A stretch of DNA of 64,000 bases from Pirellulales bacterium (GTDB lineage Bacteria > Planctomycetota > Planctomycetia > Pirellulales > PALSA-1355): the NCBI GenBank assembly GCA_963733035.1, contig CAVTBU010000005.1:2016001-2080000 (forward strand), read 5' to 3'. Made by a program: the position numbers and the translations under genes. Shown here piece by piece: positions 52,017 to 64,000 of this stretch. How positions within the stretch are numbered: position 1 is the first letter of the stretch; each line of letters begins with the position of its first letter. Under the pieces are notes generated by a model. The model did no database searches. It was not told the DNA's origin and saw nothing but the letters and a program-made list of their open reading frames with translations.

Positions 52017-55000
52017 CTATTCGCTGGCCGGCGGCTGCGGTTCGTTTTCGCCCAGCAGCGCCTCCAGCGACTTGTCGGGAGCCGGCTCGCTGCTCGGACC
52101 GCCGTTGGTCGATTCGCCGTCCCCCTCCACACCGTCGAGCAGTGGGAAGCTGCGCGACAGCACGCGGTCTTTCTCGGCCTGCAGCGCTTCGAGCGCTTGT
52201 GGTCGGATACGGACTTCCGAATCCTGGAAGATCTTGAAACCCGTGCCGGCCGGCACCAAGTGACCCAAGATCACGTTTTCCTTCAGTCCCACCAAATTAT
52301 CGACCTTGCCGGCCAAGGCTGCTTCGGTGAGCACTTTGGTGGTTTCCTGGAAACTGGCCGCCGAGATGAAGCTCGAACTCTGCACCGAGGCCTTGGTGAT
52401 ACCCAGCAATTGGGTGCTGGCCGTGGCAGGCTTGGGCTTGGTGCCCTTGGCTGCCTCGCCACCGAGCGCCTCGATCTGAGCATTTACCTGCTCCAGAGCG
52501 TCCTTGGGGACAATCGTGCCTTCGGCAAAATCGCTGTCTCCCTTGTGCGAGATCTTCACGCACTTGCTCAGTTCCTGGTTGGCCAGGCGGAACTCGAACT
52601 TGTCGAGCACGCTACCCGGCAACAAGGTCGTGTCGCCGGGCGTCTCGATCTTCACCTTCCGCAACATCTGCGTGACGATGATCTCGATGTGCTTGTCGTC
52701 AATTTCCACTCGTTGACTGCGATAGACATTCTGGATTTCGCGAGTCAAGTATTGCTGAACGGCTTCTTCTCCACTGATCCGCAAAATATCGTGTGGCACG
52801 AGAGGCCCGTCGACCAGCGCCTCGCCGGCCCGCACGAAGTCACTGGCGTGCACACGCAAATGCTTGCCGTGAGCCACCAGGTGTTCGCGCTCAATTCCGC
52901 TTTCGCTACGGACGATGATCGTTCGCTTGCCCCGCCGCTTTTCGCCGAGGAGTTCCACGGTACCGTCGATTTCGGCGATCACGGCCGGCTCTTTTGGCTT
53001 GCGGGCTTCGAAGATTTCAGTCACACGCGGCAAACCACCGGTGATATCCTGTGTACCGGACACTTCACGGGGTGTCTTGGCCAGCAGAGTGCCGGCTTTG
53101 ATGATCGCACCCTCGGTGACTTCAATGTGCGCCTTTTCGGGTAGATAGTAGAAGTCGAGAATCTTTCCTGACTCGTCTTCCAAGACGACCTGCGGATGGA
53201 AGTCGCCCTTGTGCTCCATGATCAGACGGCGCTGGTGACCGCTGGGGTCCTTTTCCAGTCGCATGGTCTCGCCCTGGATCACATCCTCGTAGCGGACCTT
53301 GCCACCCACCTCGGCCAAAATCGGAATACTGTGAGGATCCCACTGGCAGAGAGCCTGCCCCGGTTTGACCTCTTGGTTTTCGTCGACCATCAGGTACGAT
53401 CCCGCGGGCACTTCGTACTTCTCTAGCTCACGACCCTTCGGATCGAGCACCGAGATTTCGCCGTTTCGCGTGAGCACCACCTGCTGACCTTCGTCGTTGC
53501 GGACGACTTTCAGGCGGGTGAACTTCACGACGCCGTCCTTCTTGCTGCGAATTTCGCTTTCTTCGACGGCGCGGGCCGCGGTACCACCGATGTGGAACGT
53601 CCGCATCGTAAGCTGCGTGCCCGGTTCGCCGATGCTCTGGGCGGCGATGATGCCCACGGCCATGCCTTCTTCGACCATCGAACCAGTCGAAAGGTCCATT
53701 CCGTAGCACCGCCGACAAATCCCCAGCGGAGCGTCGCAGGTCATGGGACTGCGAACCTGGATCTTTTCCAGACCCAGTTCCTCGATCCGACGGGCAATAG
53801 CATTGGTGATCATTTCGTTTTCACGAACGATCACTTCGTCGGTGATCGGGTTGACGATGTTAGCGCGGCTGACGCGGCCACGAATCGAATCGGCCAACCG
53901 CACTTCCACTTTTTCGCCGCGATAGATCACGCCCTTGGTGATACCTTGGGTTGTACCGCAATCTTCCATCGTGATCACGACGTTCTGGGCCACGTCGGCC
54001 AGTTTACGCGTGAGGTAACCCGAGTCGGCGGTCTTGAGGGCCGTGTCGGCCAGCCCTTTACGGGCACCATGCGTGGAGCTGAAGTATTCGAGCACCGAAA
54101 GGCCTTCGCGGAAATTGGCTTTAATCGGCGTTTCGATAATCTTGCCCGAAGGCTTGGCCATCAAACCACGCATGCCAGCAAGCTGACGAATCTGTTCAAC
54201 ACCACCTCGGGCACCGGAGTGCGCCATCAGGTAGATCGGGTTCACGTATCCCGGCCTGCGATAGTCGTTTTCCAACTCGGCCATCATCTCGGTCGTGATT
54301 CGCTCGCGGGCGTGCGTCCAGGCATCCAGGACCTGGTTGTAGCGTTCGCCCTCGGTGATGATGCCGCGCTGATAGAGCTTGAGAATCTTCAGCACGCTTT
54401 TCTCGGCGTCGGTGATGATGCGGGCCTTGGTCGGCGGCGTGATGAGGTCGTCGGTGGCGAACGACAGACCACTATGCGTGCTCTGGCGGAAGCCCAATCG
54501 ATTCATGTCATCGAGCAGGTCGATCGTCTTGCGGCGACCGAGAATCTGGTAGCAGTCTGAAATAACCTTGGCGAGTTCACTCGACCGCATCGCCAAGTTG
54601 TAGAACGGCATGCCGTCGGGGAGCGTCATGTTGAACAGCACGCGGCCGACCGCGGTATCAATGAGCACGCCTGGTTCGGCGTTCTCACCGTCGCTCTTGA
54701 GCGCGCGGTTCGGCGGCAACTTGACCTTGATGCGTGCGTGCGTGTCTACGGCACCCAAGGAATAGGCCAACTGCACCTCATCGAGCGACGCGAAGACCAT
54801 GCCCTCCCCCTTGCGGCCGGGAAGCGAGATCGTCACGTAGTAACAACCCATGACCACGTCTTGCGACGGACTAATGATCGGCGCGCCATTTGACGGGCTG
54901 AAGATGTTGTTGGTCGACATCATCAACGTGTGCGCTTCGACCTGGGCTTCGATCGACAGTGGCAGATGGACGGCCATCTGGTCGCCGTCGAAGTCGGCAT

Positions 55001-56366
55001 TGAAACCCTTGCACACCAGCGGGTGCAGTCGAATGGCGTTGCCTTCCACGAGCGTGGGTTCGAAGGCCTGGATGCCCATACGATGCAGCGTGGGAGCGCG
55101 ATTGAGCAGCACGGGGTGATTGCGAATCACCTCCTCGAGGATATCCCATACTTCCTCGTCCTTGCGCTCCAGCATCTTCTTAGCGCTCTTGATGGTGTCG
55201 GCGTGACCCAGATCCTTGAGTCGGCGAATGATAAACGGCTGGAATAGTTCCAGCGCGATTTTCTTCGGCAGGCCGCATTCGTGCAGCCGCAGGTTCGGAC
55301 CGACGACGATCACGCTACGGGCCGAGTAGTCCACGCGCTTGCCGAGCAGGTTCTCGCGGAAGCGGCCCTGCTTGCCCTTGATCATGTCGGTGAGCGACTT
55401 GAGCGGGCGATTGCTCGAGCCAAGCACCGGGCGCTTGCAGCGATTGTTATCGAAGAGAGCGTCAACCGACTGCTGCAGCATCCGTTTCTCGTTGCGGATA
55501 ATGACTTCCGGCGCGTTCAGGTCGACGAGCTTCTTGAGGCGGTTGTTGCGGTTGATTATTCGCCGATAGAGGTCGTTCAGATCGCTTGTGGCAAAGTTGC
55601 CCGAATCCAACAATACCAGCGGCCGCAGGTCGGGCGGAATCACCGGGATCACGTCGAGCACCATCCACTCGGGCTTGTTGTCCGAATCGCGAATGGCTTC
55701 GACGATTTTCAGCCGGTTGATCAAGTCCTTCGCTTTTTGCTTGGAGCCGGTCTCGACGAGCTCGGTGCGGAGGTCCTTCGACAATTGCACCAGGTCGAGA
55801 TCCATCAGCAGCTTACGGACCGCCTCGGCGCCCATGTCGGCTTCGAACGCACCTTCGCCGTATTGTTCGCGGGCGGAGCGGTATTCCTCTTCGGTGAGCA
55901 GCTGTTGCTTTTTGAGCGCCGTATCGCCGGCACTGGTGACCACGTAATCCTGGAAGTAGATCACTTTCTCCAGGCTGGTGGTTTTCATCGAGAGCAGGTT
56001 GCCCAGGCGGCTGGGCATGGCCTTAAAGAACCAGATGTGCACGACCGGCGCGGCCAGTTCGATATGACCCATGCGCTTGCGGCGGACACGGCTATGCGTC
56101 ACCTTGACGCCACAGCGGTCGCAGATCATGCCCTTGTACTTCATCCCGCGGTACTTGCCACAGGCACACTCCCAGTCCTTTTCGGGTCCGAAAATGCGTT
56201 CGCAGAACAGGCCGTCCTTTTCGGGGCGGTAGGTGCGGTAATTGATCGTCTCGGGCTTTTTGACCTCGCCAAACGACCAGCTACGAATGTCGTGTGGCCG
56301 GGCCAGGCTGATCTTCACCGACGTGTAGTCGTTGATCCGATCGTAGGAGCTTTCGCCGATACTCAC
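52017..56366 (-). CDS. rpoC: RNA polymerase beta' subunit
   Basis: Zn finger CACGK...[35 protein letters not shown]. Confidence 0.99.
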   Translation of the reverse strand: MSIGESSYDRINDYTSVKISLARPHDIRSWSFGEVKKPETINYRTYRPEKDGLFCERIFGPEKDWECACGKYRGMKYKGMICDRCGVKVTHSRVRRKRMGHIELAAPVVHIWFFKAMPSRLGNLLSMKTTSLEKVIYFQDYVVTSAGDTALKKQQLLTEEEYRSAREQYGEGAFEADMGAEAVRKLLMDLDLVQLSKDLRTELVETGSKQKAKDLINRLKIVEAIRDSDNKPEWMVLDVIPVIPPDLRPLVLLDSGNFATSDLNDLYRRIINRNNRLKKLVDLNAPEVIIRNEKRMLQQSVDALFDNNRCKRPVLGSSNRPLKSLTDMIKGKQGRFRENLLGKRVDYSARSVIVVGPNLRLHECGLPKKIALELFQPFIIRRLKDLGHADTIKSAKKMLERKDEEVWDILEEVIRNHPVLLNRAPTLHRMGIQAFEPTLVEGNAIRLHPLVCKGFNADFDGDQMAVHLPLSIEAQVEAHTLMMSTNNIFSPSNGAPIISPSQDVVMGCYYVTISLPGRKGEGMVFASLDEVQLAYSLGAVDTHARIKVKLPPNRALKSDGENAEPGVLIDTAVGRVLFNMTLPDGMPFYNLAMRSSELAKVISDCYQILGRRKTIDLLDDMNRLGFRQSTHSGLSFATDDLITPPTKARIITDAEKSVLKILKLYQRGIITEGERYNQVLDAWTHARERITTEMMAELENDYRRPGYVNPIYLMAHSGARGGVEQIRQLAGMRGLMAKPSGKIIETPIKANFREGLSVLEYFSSTHGARKGLADTALKTADSGYLTRKLADVAQNVVITMEDCGTTQGITKGVIYRGEKVEVRLADSIRGRVSRANIVNPITDEVIVRENEMITNAIARRIEELGLEKIQVRSPMTCDAPLGICRRCYGMDLSTGSMVEEGMAVGIIAAQSIGEPGTQLTMRTFHIGGTAARAVEESEIRSKKDGVVKFTRLKVVRNDEGQQVVLTRNGEISVLDPKGRELEKYEVPAGSYLMVDENQEVKPGQALCQWDPHSIPILAEVGGKVRYEDVIQGETMRLEKDPSGHQRRLIMEHKGDFHPQVVLEDESGKILDFYYLPEKAHIEVTEGAIIKAGTLLAKTPREVSGTQDITGGLPRVTEIFEARKPKEPAVIAEIDGTVELLGEKRRGKRTIIVRSESGIEREHLVAHGKHLRVHASDFVRAGEALVDGPLVPHDILRISGEEAVQQYLTREIQNVYRSQRVEIDDKHIEIIVTQMLRKVKIETPGDTTLLPGSVLDKFEFRLANQELSKCVKISHKGDSDFAEGTIVPKDALEQVNAQIEALGGEAAKGTKPKPATASTQLLGITKASVQSSSFISAASFQETTKVLTEAALAGKVDNLVGLKENVILGHLVPAGTGFKIFQDSEVRIRPQALEALQAEKDRVLSRSFPLLDGVEGDGESTNGGPSSEPAPDKSLEALLGENEPQPPASE

Positions 56367-56535
56367 AGTATGCCCTCCCTATGAAAAGGACGACCCGAGG
56401 AAGATGAAGGAGGAGGACTAAGGGAAAACGAAGAACAACCGTCGACATCCATACATCGGTCGTTGCTCGTTCGTCCCTTATTCTGCTGACTTCAACGTTC
56501 TTCCAGGTCTAATTCCCTCTTATCTTCTGCTCTAC

Positions 56536-59500
56536 CTAGACGCGACGCTTTTCCAATTGCATGTTCAGCCCCAGTCCGCGAATCTCGTTGGTCAGCACGT
56601 CGAAGCTGGCCGGGGTCCCGGCTTCCAGCGTGTTTTCACCTTTGACCATCGATTCGTAAATTTTCGTGCGACCCTCGACGTCGTCGCTCTTGACCGTCAG
56701 CAACTCCTGCAAAATGTAAGCGGCGCCATAAGCTTCCAGCGCCCAGACTTCCATTTCTCCGAATCGTTGACCACCGAATCGCGCCTTGCCGCCCAGCGGT
56801 TGCTGCGTGATGAGCGAATAGGGCCCTGTGCTTCGGGCATGCACCTTGTCGTCGACCAGGTGATGCAGCTTGAGCATGTAGATGTAGCCGACGGTCGTTT
56901 CCTGTTCGAACGGTTCGCCCGTGCGGCCGTCGTACAGCTGTGCTTTGCCGTGGACCGGCAAACCGGCTTCGGCCAAAGCACTTTGAATCGTCTCTTCGGT
57001 GGCGCCATCGAATACAGGCGTAATCGCCTGAAACTGCAGCTTGGCACCGGCCCAACCGAGATGGGTTTCGAGAATCTGGCCCACGTTCATACGGCTGGGC
57101 ACGCCCAGCGGATTTAGCAGGATCTGCAGCGGCGTACCGTCGGCTAAAAACGGCATGTCTTCGATCGGCAGAATCTTGGCAATCACGCCTTTGTTTCCGT
57201 GGCGACCGGCCATCTTGTCGCCCACGGAGATAACGCGCTTCGCGGCGATGTAGACTTTCACCATCTGCAACACGCCGCTCCGCAATTCATCGCCCCGCTT
57301 CATGGAGTTCAATTTGCGGTCGCGATCGTCAATCGCCTGCTCGACGATCGGCCAGTGGTTCTTGTAGGCCTTTTCCACGTCGGCCTTCCGCTGCGGACTG
57401 CGAATGTCGATCGAGTCAATCTTGAACCGCTGGGCCTGGTCCGCGATATATTTCGGATCTTGATCGCGGACGACAGGCGTGCCCTCGTCGTCGACCACCG
57501 GACGCTGCAGGATGCCTTCAATCTCCTCGACCATCGCGCTAAAGGTCGACGCGATTTGGGCAGCGCCCTCGGCTTCGGCTTCCTTGAGGGCCTTTTCGAA
57601 CGCCTTTCTTTCGTCTTCCGAAAGGCTCAGACGTCGCGAAAACTTCTGCGTGTCGATCACGATGCCTTCGACGCCGGAGGGGACGTCGAGCGAATCATTT
57701 TTCACGTCTTCGCCGGCCCGGCCGAAGATCGCGTGCAATAACTTCTCTTCCGGCGTGAGCTCGGTCTTCGATTTTGGCGAGACTTTGCCAACCAGAATGT
57801 CACCCGGGCGAACGTACGTCCCGATCCGGACGATTCCGCTTTCGTCCAAGTTGCGGAGCGCCTTTTCGCTGACGTTAGGAATATCGCGAGTAAACTCCTC
57901 TCGGCCGAGCTTCGTTTCCCGAATTTCGATATCGAACTCTTCGATGTGGATCGACGTGTAGGTGTCATCCTTGACCAGCTCTTCGCTAATGATGATGGCA
58001 TCCTCGAAGTTGAAGCCGTCCCACACCATAAACCCAACCAGCACGTTGCGACCCAGGGCCAATTCTCCCTGGAAGGTGGCGGCTCCGTCGGCGATCACGT
58101 CCCCCTTTTCCACCTTCTGACCGACCTCGACAATCGGCTTCTGGTTTTGACAGGTCCGTTCGTTGAGGCCCACGAATTTGCGGAGGGGATAGGCCTCGCT
58201 GCCGATCTCGATTCGCGTGCTGTCGACATACGTGATGGTACCCTTGCGGCGGGCGCGTACGATCATGCCCGAATTCGTAGCCACGTCGCGCTCCATGCCG
58301 GTGGCGACCACCGGTGGCTCGCTGACCAGCAGCGGCACCGCTTGCCGCTGCATGTTGGACCCCATCAGGGCCCGGTTCGCGTCGTCGTGTTCGAGGAACG
58401 GAATCAGGCCGGCGGACACACCAACCATCTGGCTAGGCGCCACGTCGATGTATTCCACCTTGTCGATCGGCACCATCTCGAAGTCCGAATGGTAACGAGC
58501 GATCAGGGTGTCGCCCTGCAGTTTCCCGTTTTCAACCAGGGCGTCGGCTGGAGCCAAATACGCTTCACTCTCTTCGTCGGCACGTAGCCATACCACTTCG
58601 TCGGTCAACTTGCCATTGGTCACTTTTCGATAGGGCGTGACCAAAAAACCGTACTCGTCGACGGCCGAGTAAATTGCCAAACTCGAAATCAGGCCGATGT
58701 TCGTACCTTCCGGCGTTTCGATCGGACAGATGCGTCCGTAGTGCGAAATATGCACGTCGCGGACTTCAAAACCGGCCCGCTTGCGATTCAAACCGCCGGG
58801 CCCCAGCGCCGATAGTCGCCGTTCATGCGTGAGCATCGAAAGCGGATTCGTCTGATCGACCACTTGCGACAGTTCGCCGCGGCCAAAGAAGTACTCGATC
58901 GCAGCCGAAATGCTCTTCGGATTGATCAGGCTCCTCGGCGTCATATCCTCGACTTCCTTCAGGCTCATCCGCTCCTGCACGGTGCGGCGCAGCTTAAGGA
59001 AGCCCTTGCGCAGCTCGTCGCAAGCCAATTCGTCGATTGTTCGCAGACGACGATTGCCCAAGTGGTCAATATCGTCGATCTCCACGTCCGGATCGCCGTC
59101 GGTCAACTTCAACAGGTATTTGATCGACGCAATCAGATCCTCGGGACGTAGCGTCATCTCGCTTTCGGACACGTTGAGCTTCAGCTTCCGGTTGATGCGG
59201 AAGCGGCCGACCTTGCCGAGACGGTAACGGTTGGTGTCGAAGAACTTTTCGTGGAACAGGGCCTTGGCCTTCTCTAACTGCGGCGGATTCCCCGGCGCAG
59301 CCGCTGGTAGATTCGCAGCAATGCCTCTTCATGGCTGCTGGTCGCATCCTCCGACAGGCTGTTAAAGATCAGCGGGTTCTTGGCATCGGTCATGACTTCG
59401 ATCGACGACAGGCCCGAGGTGCAGATGATCTCGGCGACGTTCTTCGTGATCTTCTGTCCGCCTTCGAGAATCACCTCGCCTGCCTTCTCGCTGGAAGCGG

Positions 59501-60245
59501 GGTAGACGACGTCGTCGACCGCGATCTTGCCCTCAATCTTCGAAACGCTGCGGCCATCGACGACTTTCTCAACCGAGGTGTCGTAAAAAACGCGAATCAG
59601 TTGGGCATTCAAGCTGTACTTGGGATCCATCGCACGCAGCAGCGTCATCGCCGAGAATTTGCCGCTCTGGTCGATCCGCACACTGAGCGTATCCTTCTTG
59701 CTGGTATTCAACTCAATCCAGCTACCGCGCTCGGGAATGATGCGGCAGCTGAAAGTGCGGCGGTCGCCAGCCTCGAGTTCGCTGACGAAGTCGACGCCGG
59801 GGCTACGGTGCAACTGACTAACCACGACGCGTTCCGCACCGTTGATGATGAACTCGCCGCCGCCAAGCATGATCGGCATGTCGCCCAGATAGACTTCTTC
59901 CTCAACTGGTTGCTCCTTCGTAAGTCGCAACCAGACGCGGAACGGCCGGCCGTACGTGAGCCGCAACTGGCGACATTCGTGCGGTTCGTAGCGAGGCTTA
60001 CCCAGTTCGTAGCGAACGTACTCCAGCCGCAGCGTCTTGTCGTAGCTCTCGATTGGAAAGATTTCTCGGAGCACGCCCTCGATGCCTTGATCGGCGCGCT
60101 TGCCGGGCGCGGCATCGTATTGCAGGAACGCCTCATAACTACGCGTCTGGATTTCCGTCAGGTCTGGAATTGCGTGCATCTGACGCAAACTTCCAAAATG
60201 ACGAACTTCCTTGGGACGCAGGCGACGTTCTGCCGATGTGGCCAT
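56536..60245 (-). CDS. rpoB: RNA polymerase beta subunit (1-nt missing at ~59294)
   Basis: [14 protein letters not shown] joins [41 protein letters not shown]. Confidence 0.97.
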
Positions 60246-60580
60246 GGTAGGATCCTCTGGCTAGCTGTGAATCGTCAACGAATAGGGCGGGGCACATCGG
60301 GCGCGCAATTGGAGCGCCGCAGCCAAATGCCATTCACGCACGGAAGAAACGAAACGGACCAAGCGGGCACCAGCCGGGTGAGCCGAACTCCTCGGCGAAC
60401 CGTTCCGAAGGAACCAGCCCACCGACGCGGAGCACGTACGCCAACCTGGAGGTTGCATGCCGGACAAGGCACCATCGGACATTGGGCGGAAAGTCGCCGG
60501 CAAAATACCGGCGCTTCTGCCACGCCGAGCACAATGCCCGGTGCTGCCGCCTGTCTGGGTGTCACGCACTACATGACTCA

Positions 60581-60997
60581 CTACTTGACCGAAACCGTCG
60601 CGCCGGCTTCTTCCAGTTCCTTCTTGATCTTTTCGGCCTCTTCCTTGGACACGCCTTCCTTAACCTTGCTGGGCGCGCCTTCGACCAGATCCTTGGCTTC
60701 CTTGAGCCCCAGGTTCGTAATCGTGCGGACGACCTTGATGACGCCGATTTTCTTGTCGCCAAAGGCTTCAAGGACGACGTCGAATTCGGTCTTTTCTTCG
60801 GCCGCGGCACCACCGCCACCACCGTCGCCGGCCGCAGGCGCGATCATCACGCCACCGCCCGTGGCGGCCTTGATGCCGTGGACGTCTTCCAAGTAGTCAC
60901 TCAACTCCTTGGCCTGCTTGAGCGTTAGCTCGACGATCTTATCGCCGAGCTGCTTCGTGTCGGCCGAGAATTCACGTTCTTGCACGTCAGTTGCCAT
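60581..60997 (-). CDS. rplL: 50S ribosomal protein L7/L12
   Basis: [28 protein letters not shown]. Confidence 0.98.
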   Translation of the reverse strand: MATDVQEREFSADTKQLGDKIVELTLKQAKELSDYLEDVHGIKAATGGGVMIAPAAGDGGGGGAAAEEKTEFDVVLEAFGDKKIGVIKVVRTITNLGLKEAKDLVEGAPSKVKEGVSKEEAEKIKKELEEAGATVSVK

Positions 60998-61157
60998 CGC
61001 GCTATCTTCCTTTCACACATTAAGTCCCGGCGGAGTCGGTTCATGGCACCCGACGCTGCCGGCTGGGTCGAAGTTGTCTGGTTTGTTGTCTAGCTCTCGT
61101 TTAGAAACTCAAACGGTCGCTTGCCACCGCCACGGGTGGGGCGCCGTTAATGGTCGA

Positions 61158-61730
61158 TCATTTCGCGTCTTCTTCGGCCGCCGGTGCGGCGTCGACGGCG
61201 GGCCCCTCGTCGTCGGCTCCTTCACTCTTTTGCTTGACTTGGCTGGCCAGTGCACCGCCCGGACCAATGAGTTGCGAAGCCAGCTTCGAACCCGGCGAGA
61301 GAATCTGACCCACCAGAATGCTGAGCTGCTCCTGGCGAGTAGGCCACTTGCTGACCTGCTCGACCTCTTCGGGTTTCAGGGCCGCTCCCCCCATCACACC
61401 GCCGCGAGGAACGAATTTCTCAAATTCCTTGTCGCCGGCGATCCGCACGACTTCCTTGGCGAGGGCCACGATATCCGAGGCACCCCAGACCATCGCCAAT
61501 GCCCCCTCGGAGCCTTCAAAGGCCGGGGCCAACTGGGTTCCCTCGGTGGCCCGGCGAGCAAGGCTGTTCTTGACCACCAGCAGCTTGATCCCTTTGTCGC
61601 GCAGTTGCTTCCGTAGCGATGTGGTGCTATTGGCTGACAGTCCCACGACGTTCACCAACAACAATTCCTCCACGCCGTCGAGCTCGCGCTTCAGTTGATC
61701 GGTGATCAGGTCCTTGACGAATTTGCTCAT
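61158..61730 (-). CDS. rplJ: 50S ribosomal protein L10
   Basis: LRKQLR, VVKNSLARRA, PTRQEQL; position between rplA and rplL. Confidence 0.94.
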   Translation of the reverse strand: MSKFVKDLITDQLKRELDGVEELLLVNVVGLSANSTTSLRKQLRDKGIKLLVVKNSLARRATEGTQLAPAFEGSEGALAMVWGASDIVALAKEVVRIAGDKEFEKFVPRGGVMGGAALKPEEVEQVSKWPTRQEQLSILVGQILSPGSKLASQLIGPGGALASQVKQKSEGADDEGPAVDAAPAAEEDAK

Positions 61731-61839
61731 GTTAACTCTGCCTTGAGCACGCACTGCCGAATGTCTGCTGTTCGGTGCGGCGCTCGTGTTGTTTGCGGGT
61801 TGATGGCCGTTTCTATCTCGTTGACTCTTGTTTGCGGAT

Positions 61840-62523
61840 TTAACCGACGACGCGCACCGAGGGGCTCATCGTGGCACTGATCGCGATGCCCTTGACGTAC
61901 TGACCCTTGACCGAGTGCGGTTTGATGGACTGCACGTGATGGATGAAGGCCTGAATGTTTTCGGCGAGCTTCTGTGCGTCGAAGCTCAACTTACCGATCA
62001 CGGCATGCACGTTACCACCAGCGTCGGTACGAAATTCAACCTTACCGGCCTTGTATTCCTTGACGGTTTTGGCAACTTCGGGCGTTACCGTGCCGGCACG
62101 TGGCGAAGGCATCAAGCCGCGCGGGCCGAGCACGCGGCCCAGCGGACCAACAATTCCCATCATGTCCGGCGCGGCAATACAGGCGTCGAAGTCAGTCCAA
62201 CCGTCTTTGATTCGTTTGGCCAGGTCTTCGCCGCCAACCTCGTCGGCGCCGGCCTCCTTGGCGGCGTCGGCCAAGTCACCCTTGGCAAAAACAACGACTC
62301 GCTGCGTCTTGCCGATGCCGTTCGGCAGGACGATCGAGCCGCGGACGATCTGGTCGGCCTGTTTGACGTCAACGCCCAGTCGCATCGCGATATCGACCGA
62401 CTGATCGAATTTCGTGTTGTCATAGGTCTTGAGAATCTCGACGGCCCGCTCCAACGGCTGCGGTTCCTGGCCGGGACTCTTTTCGACGAGCGGACGGAGC
62501 CGCTTGGATACTTTGGTGGTCAT
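61840..62523 (-). CDS. rplA: 50S ribosomal protein L1
   Basis: [28 protein letters not shown]. Confidence 0.98.
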   Translation of the reverse strand: MTTKVSKRLRPLVEKSPGQEPQPLERAVEILKTYDNTKFDQSVDIAMRLGVDVKQADQIVRGSIVLPNGIGKTQRVVVFAKGDLADAAKEAGADEVGGEDLAKRIKDGWTDFDACIAAPDMMGIVGPLGRVLGPRGLMPSPRAGTVTPEVAKTVKEYKAGKVEFRTDAGGNVHAVIGKLSFDAQKLAENIQAFIHHVQSIKPHSVKGQYVKGIAISATMSPSVRVVG

Positions 62524-62597
62524 GTGTGTCTACTTTGTTTGTTTCGCTTTGATTGCGGCGATTGCTGGGCGATCGGCTAGCGTGTGGCCAAGCCCTG

Positions 62598-63023
62598 TCA
62601 GTCGGTCACTTCCAAGCCCATGCTGCGAGCCGTGCCTTCGACCATTCGCGCCGCATGATCGGCATCGCTGGCATTGAGGTCGGCCAATTTCATTTTCACA
62701 ATTCCCAGTATCTGCTCCCGCGTCACCGAGCCGACCTTATCCTTATTGGGAACACCCGAGCCCTTGGCAATGCCAGCCGCCTGTTTGAGCAGCGCGGCTG
62801 CCGGGGGGCTTTTGGTAACAAAGTCAAACGAGCGATCGTTGTACACGTTGACCACCACGGGAATCGGCATGCCGCCGGCTTCCTTCGTGCGGTCGTTAAA
62901 TTGCGAGACGAATTGCCCCAGGTTGATGCCGTACTTGCCGAGCGACGTGCCAACCGGAGGCGCCGGCGTGGCCTGTCCGCCCGGCACCTGAAACTTCGCC
63001 TGTCCTACGAGTTGTTTTGCCAT
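62598..63023 (-). CDS. rplK: 50S ribosomal protein L11
   Basis: ATPAPPVG, KSPPAA, GTARSMG. Confidence 0.98.
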   Translation of the reverse strand: MAKQLVGQAKFQVPGGQATPAPPVGTSLGKYGINLGQFVSQFNDRTKEAGGMPIPVVVNVYNDRSFDFVTKSPPAAALLKQAAGIAKGSGVPNKDKVGSVTREQILGIVKMKLADLNASDADHAARMVEGTARSMGLEVTD

Positions 63024-63129
63024 GGGTCGCGACTGTTGGTTAGTGGTCAGTGGCTAAGGTATTTGTGGGCGAATTCCGCAACAGCTTCCGATCAGTGACC
63101 AGCCACTAGTCACGCACCGACAGCCATTC

Positions 63130-63999
63130 TCATATCGATTCGATTTGCCAGTATTCCAATTCCACGGGCGTCGAACGTCCGAAGATGTTGATCATCACCG
63201 TCACGCGGCCGCTGGCCTCGTCGATCGAATCAACCTCTCCCTCGAAGTTCTCAAACGTCCCTTCGTTGATCTTTACCCGATCGCCAACGTTGAAGTTGAT
63301 CTTCAACTTCGGCGCCTCGTCGGCCTTCTCTTCCTGCTTGGAGACGATCTTTGACACTTCGTGAGCGAGCATCGGCGTGGGCTTTCCCGCCGATCCGGTG
63401 AAATCGCCGATCCCCGGCGTCTCCCGCACCAGGAACCACGTCTCGTCGTTGATTTCCATGTGGGCCACCAGGTAGCCCGGATAGAGCTTCCGCTTGACGA
63501 CCCGCTTCTTGCCTCCCTTGAATTCCGACACCATCTCCGTGGGGACGATAATTTCTCCAAAATAGCGGTCGAGGCCGGCCACCTTCACCCGGCGCTGCAG
63601 GCTCTCGCGGATGGAATCCTCGCGGTTGCTTTGCACTTTGAGGATGTACCAATCCATCTTCGGCTCGTCTTCTCCGACGGGCGTCTCCTCGATCGGCCCA
63701 CGCGGCTCAACCTCTTCCTCCTCAGCCGCCGGCGATTCGAGCCCGGCAACCTCGCTTTCAGACGCCTCGGCCGCCGCCGCGCTCGACGCCACCTCTCCCT
63801 CGCTTGATTCGGGCGACACGCCGGCATCGTCGCGCACCTCCTGGTGGGCTACATCGCTGGGCGACATTTCACTTGCCACGTCGCGCGACTCGTCCTCACG
63901 CTGGGCTCGTTCGGCCGCATCGCTGGGCGGCATCGCCGTCGTCGGATTAGTGGCCGCCTCGTCGGGCGCCTGGCTCGCATTGTGCGGGTGTTCGGTCAC
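63130..63999 (-). CDS. nusG: Transcription factor NusG with long acidic N-terminal extension (start at window edge, uncertain)
   Basis: WYILKVQS, KLYPGY, TPGIGDF, KOW domain, IFGRSTPVEL. Confidence 0.95.
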   Translation of the reverse strand: MTEHPHNASQAPDEAATNPTTAMPPSDAAERAQREDESRDVASEMSPSDVAHQEVRDDAGVSPESSEGEVASSAAAAEASESEVAGLESPAAEEEEVEPRGPIEETPVGEDEPKMDWYILKVQSNREDSIRESLQRRVKVAGLDRYFGEIIVPTEMVSEFKGGKKRVVKRKLYPGYLVAHMEINDETWFLVRETPGIGDFTGSAGKPTPMLAHEVSKIVSKQEEKADEAPKLKINFNVGDRVKINEGTFENFEGEVDSIDEASGRVTVMINIFGRSTPVELEYWQIESI

Positions 64000-64000
64000 G

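Noticed and set aside
32941..60245. Pseudogene or split-gene calls for rpsD, rplO, rpsE, rplE, fusA and rpoB
   Set aside because: Essential genes with both halves fully conserved and no other decay; single small indels explain each break.
1..64000. CRISPR arrays, tRNA/rRNA genes, transposases, integrases or prophage genes
   Set aside because: No regularly spaced repeats, cloverleaf signatures or mobile-element motifs were seen; intergenic gaps are all under about 550 nt.

Overview
GC-rich bacterial DNA, almost certainly Planctomycetota (probably Pirellulales). Supporting signs are a DUF1549/DUF1553-DUF1501 cassette, an ECF sigma overlapping a WD40 Ser/Thr kinase, long L17 insertions, and no L30 gene. 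Bases ~31,100-64,000 are the minus-strand core cluster nusG-rplKAJL-rpoBC-rpsLG-fusA-S10-spc-secY-adk-map-rpmJ-alpha operon; tuf, rpmD and infA are missing from their usual places. Bases 1-31,100 are mixed: bicupin oxalate decarboxylase, SDR, K+-channel-like protein, ECF/kinase pair, FAD reductase, MFS, a PEP-CTERM aspartic protease, hemG, a cytochrome c-LRR/DUF1549-1553/DUF1501/PPC module, DUF1328, GNAT, YunC, kdsD-kdsC followed by a ~1,025-aa LptC/LptA-like protein, fba, a lipoprotein and an HEXXH peptidase. I count 13 reading-frame breaks in 11 genes, including essential ones (rpoB, fusA, rpsD, rpsE, rplE, rplO). Eleven fall in or directly beside GCGC, which points to a sequencing-error footprint of a GCGC DNA modification rather than pseudogenes. 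No rRNA, tRNA, CRISPR array or transposase was seen. All family calls come from motif recognition by eye; no database search was run.
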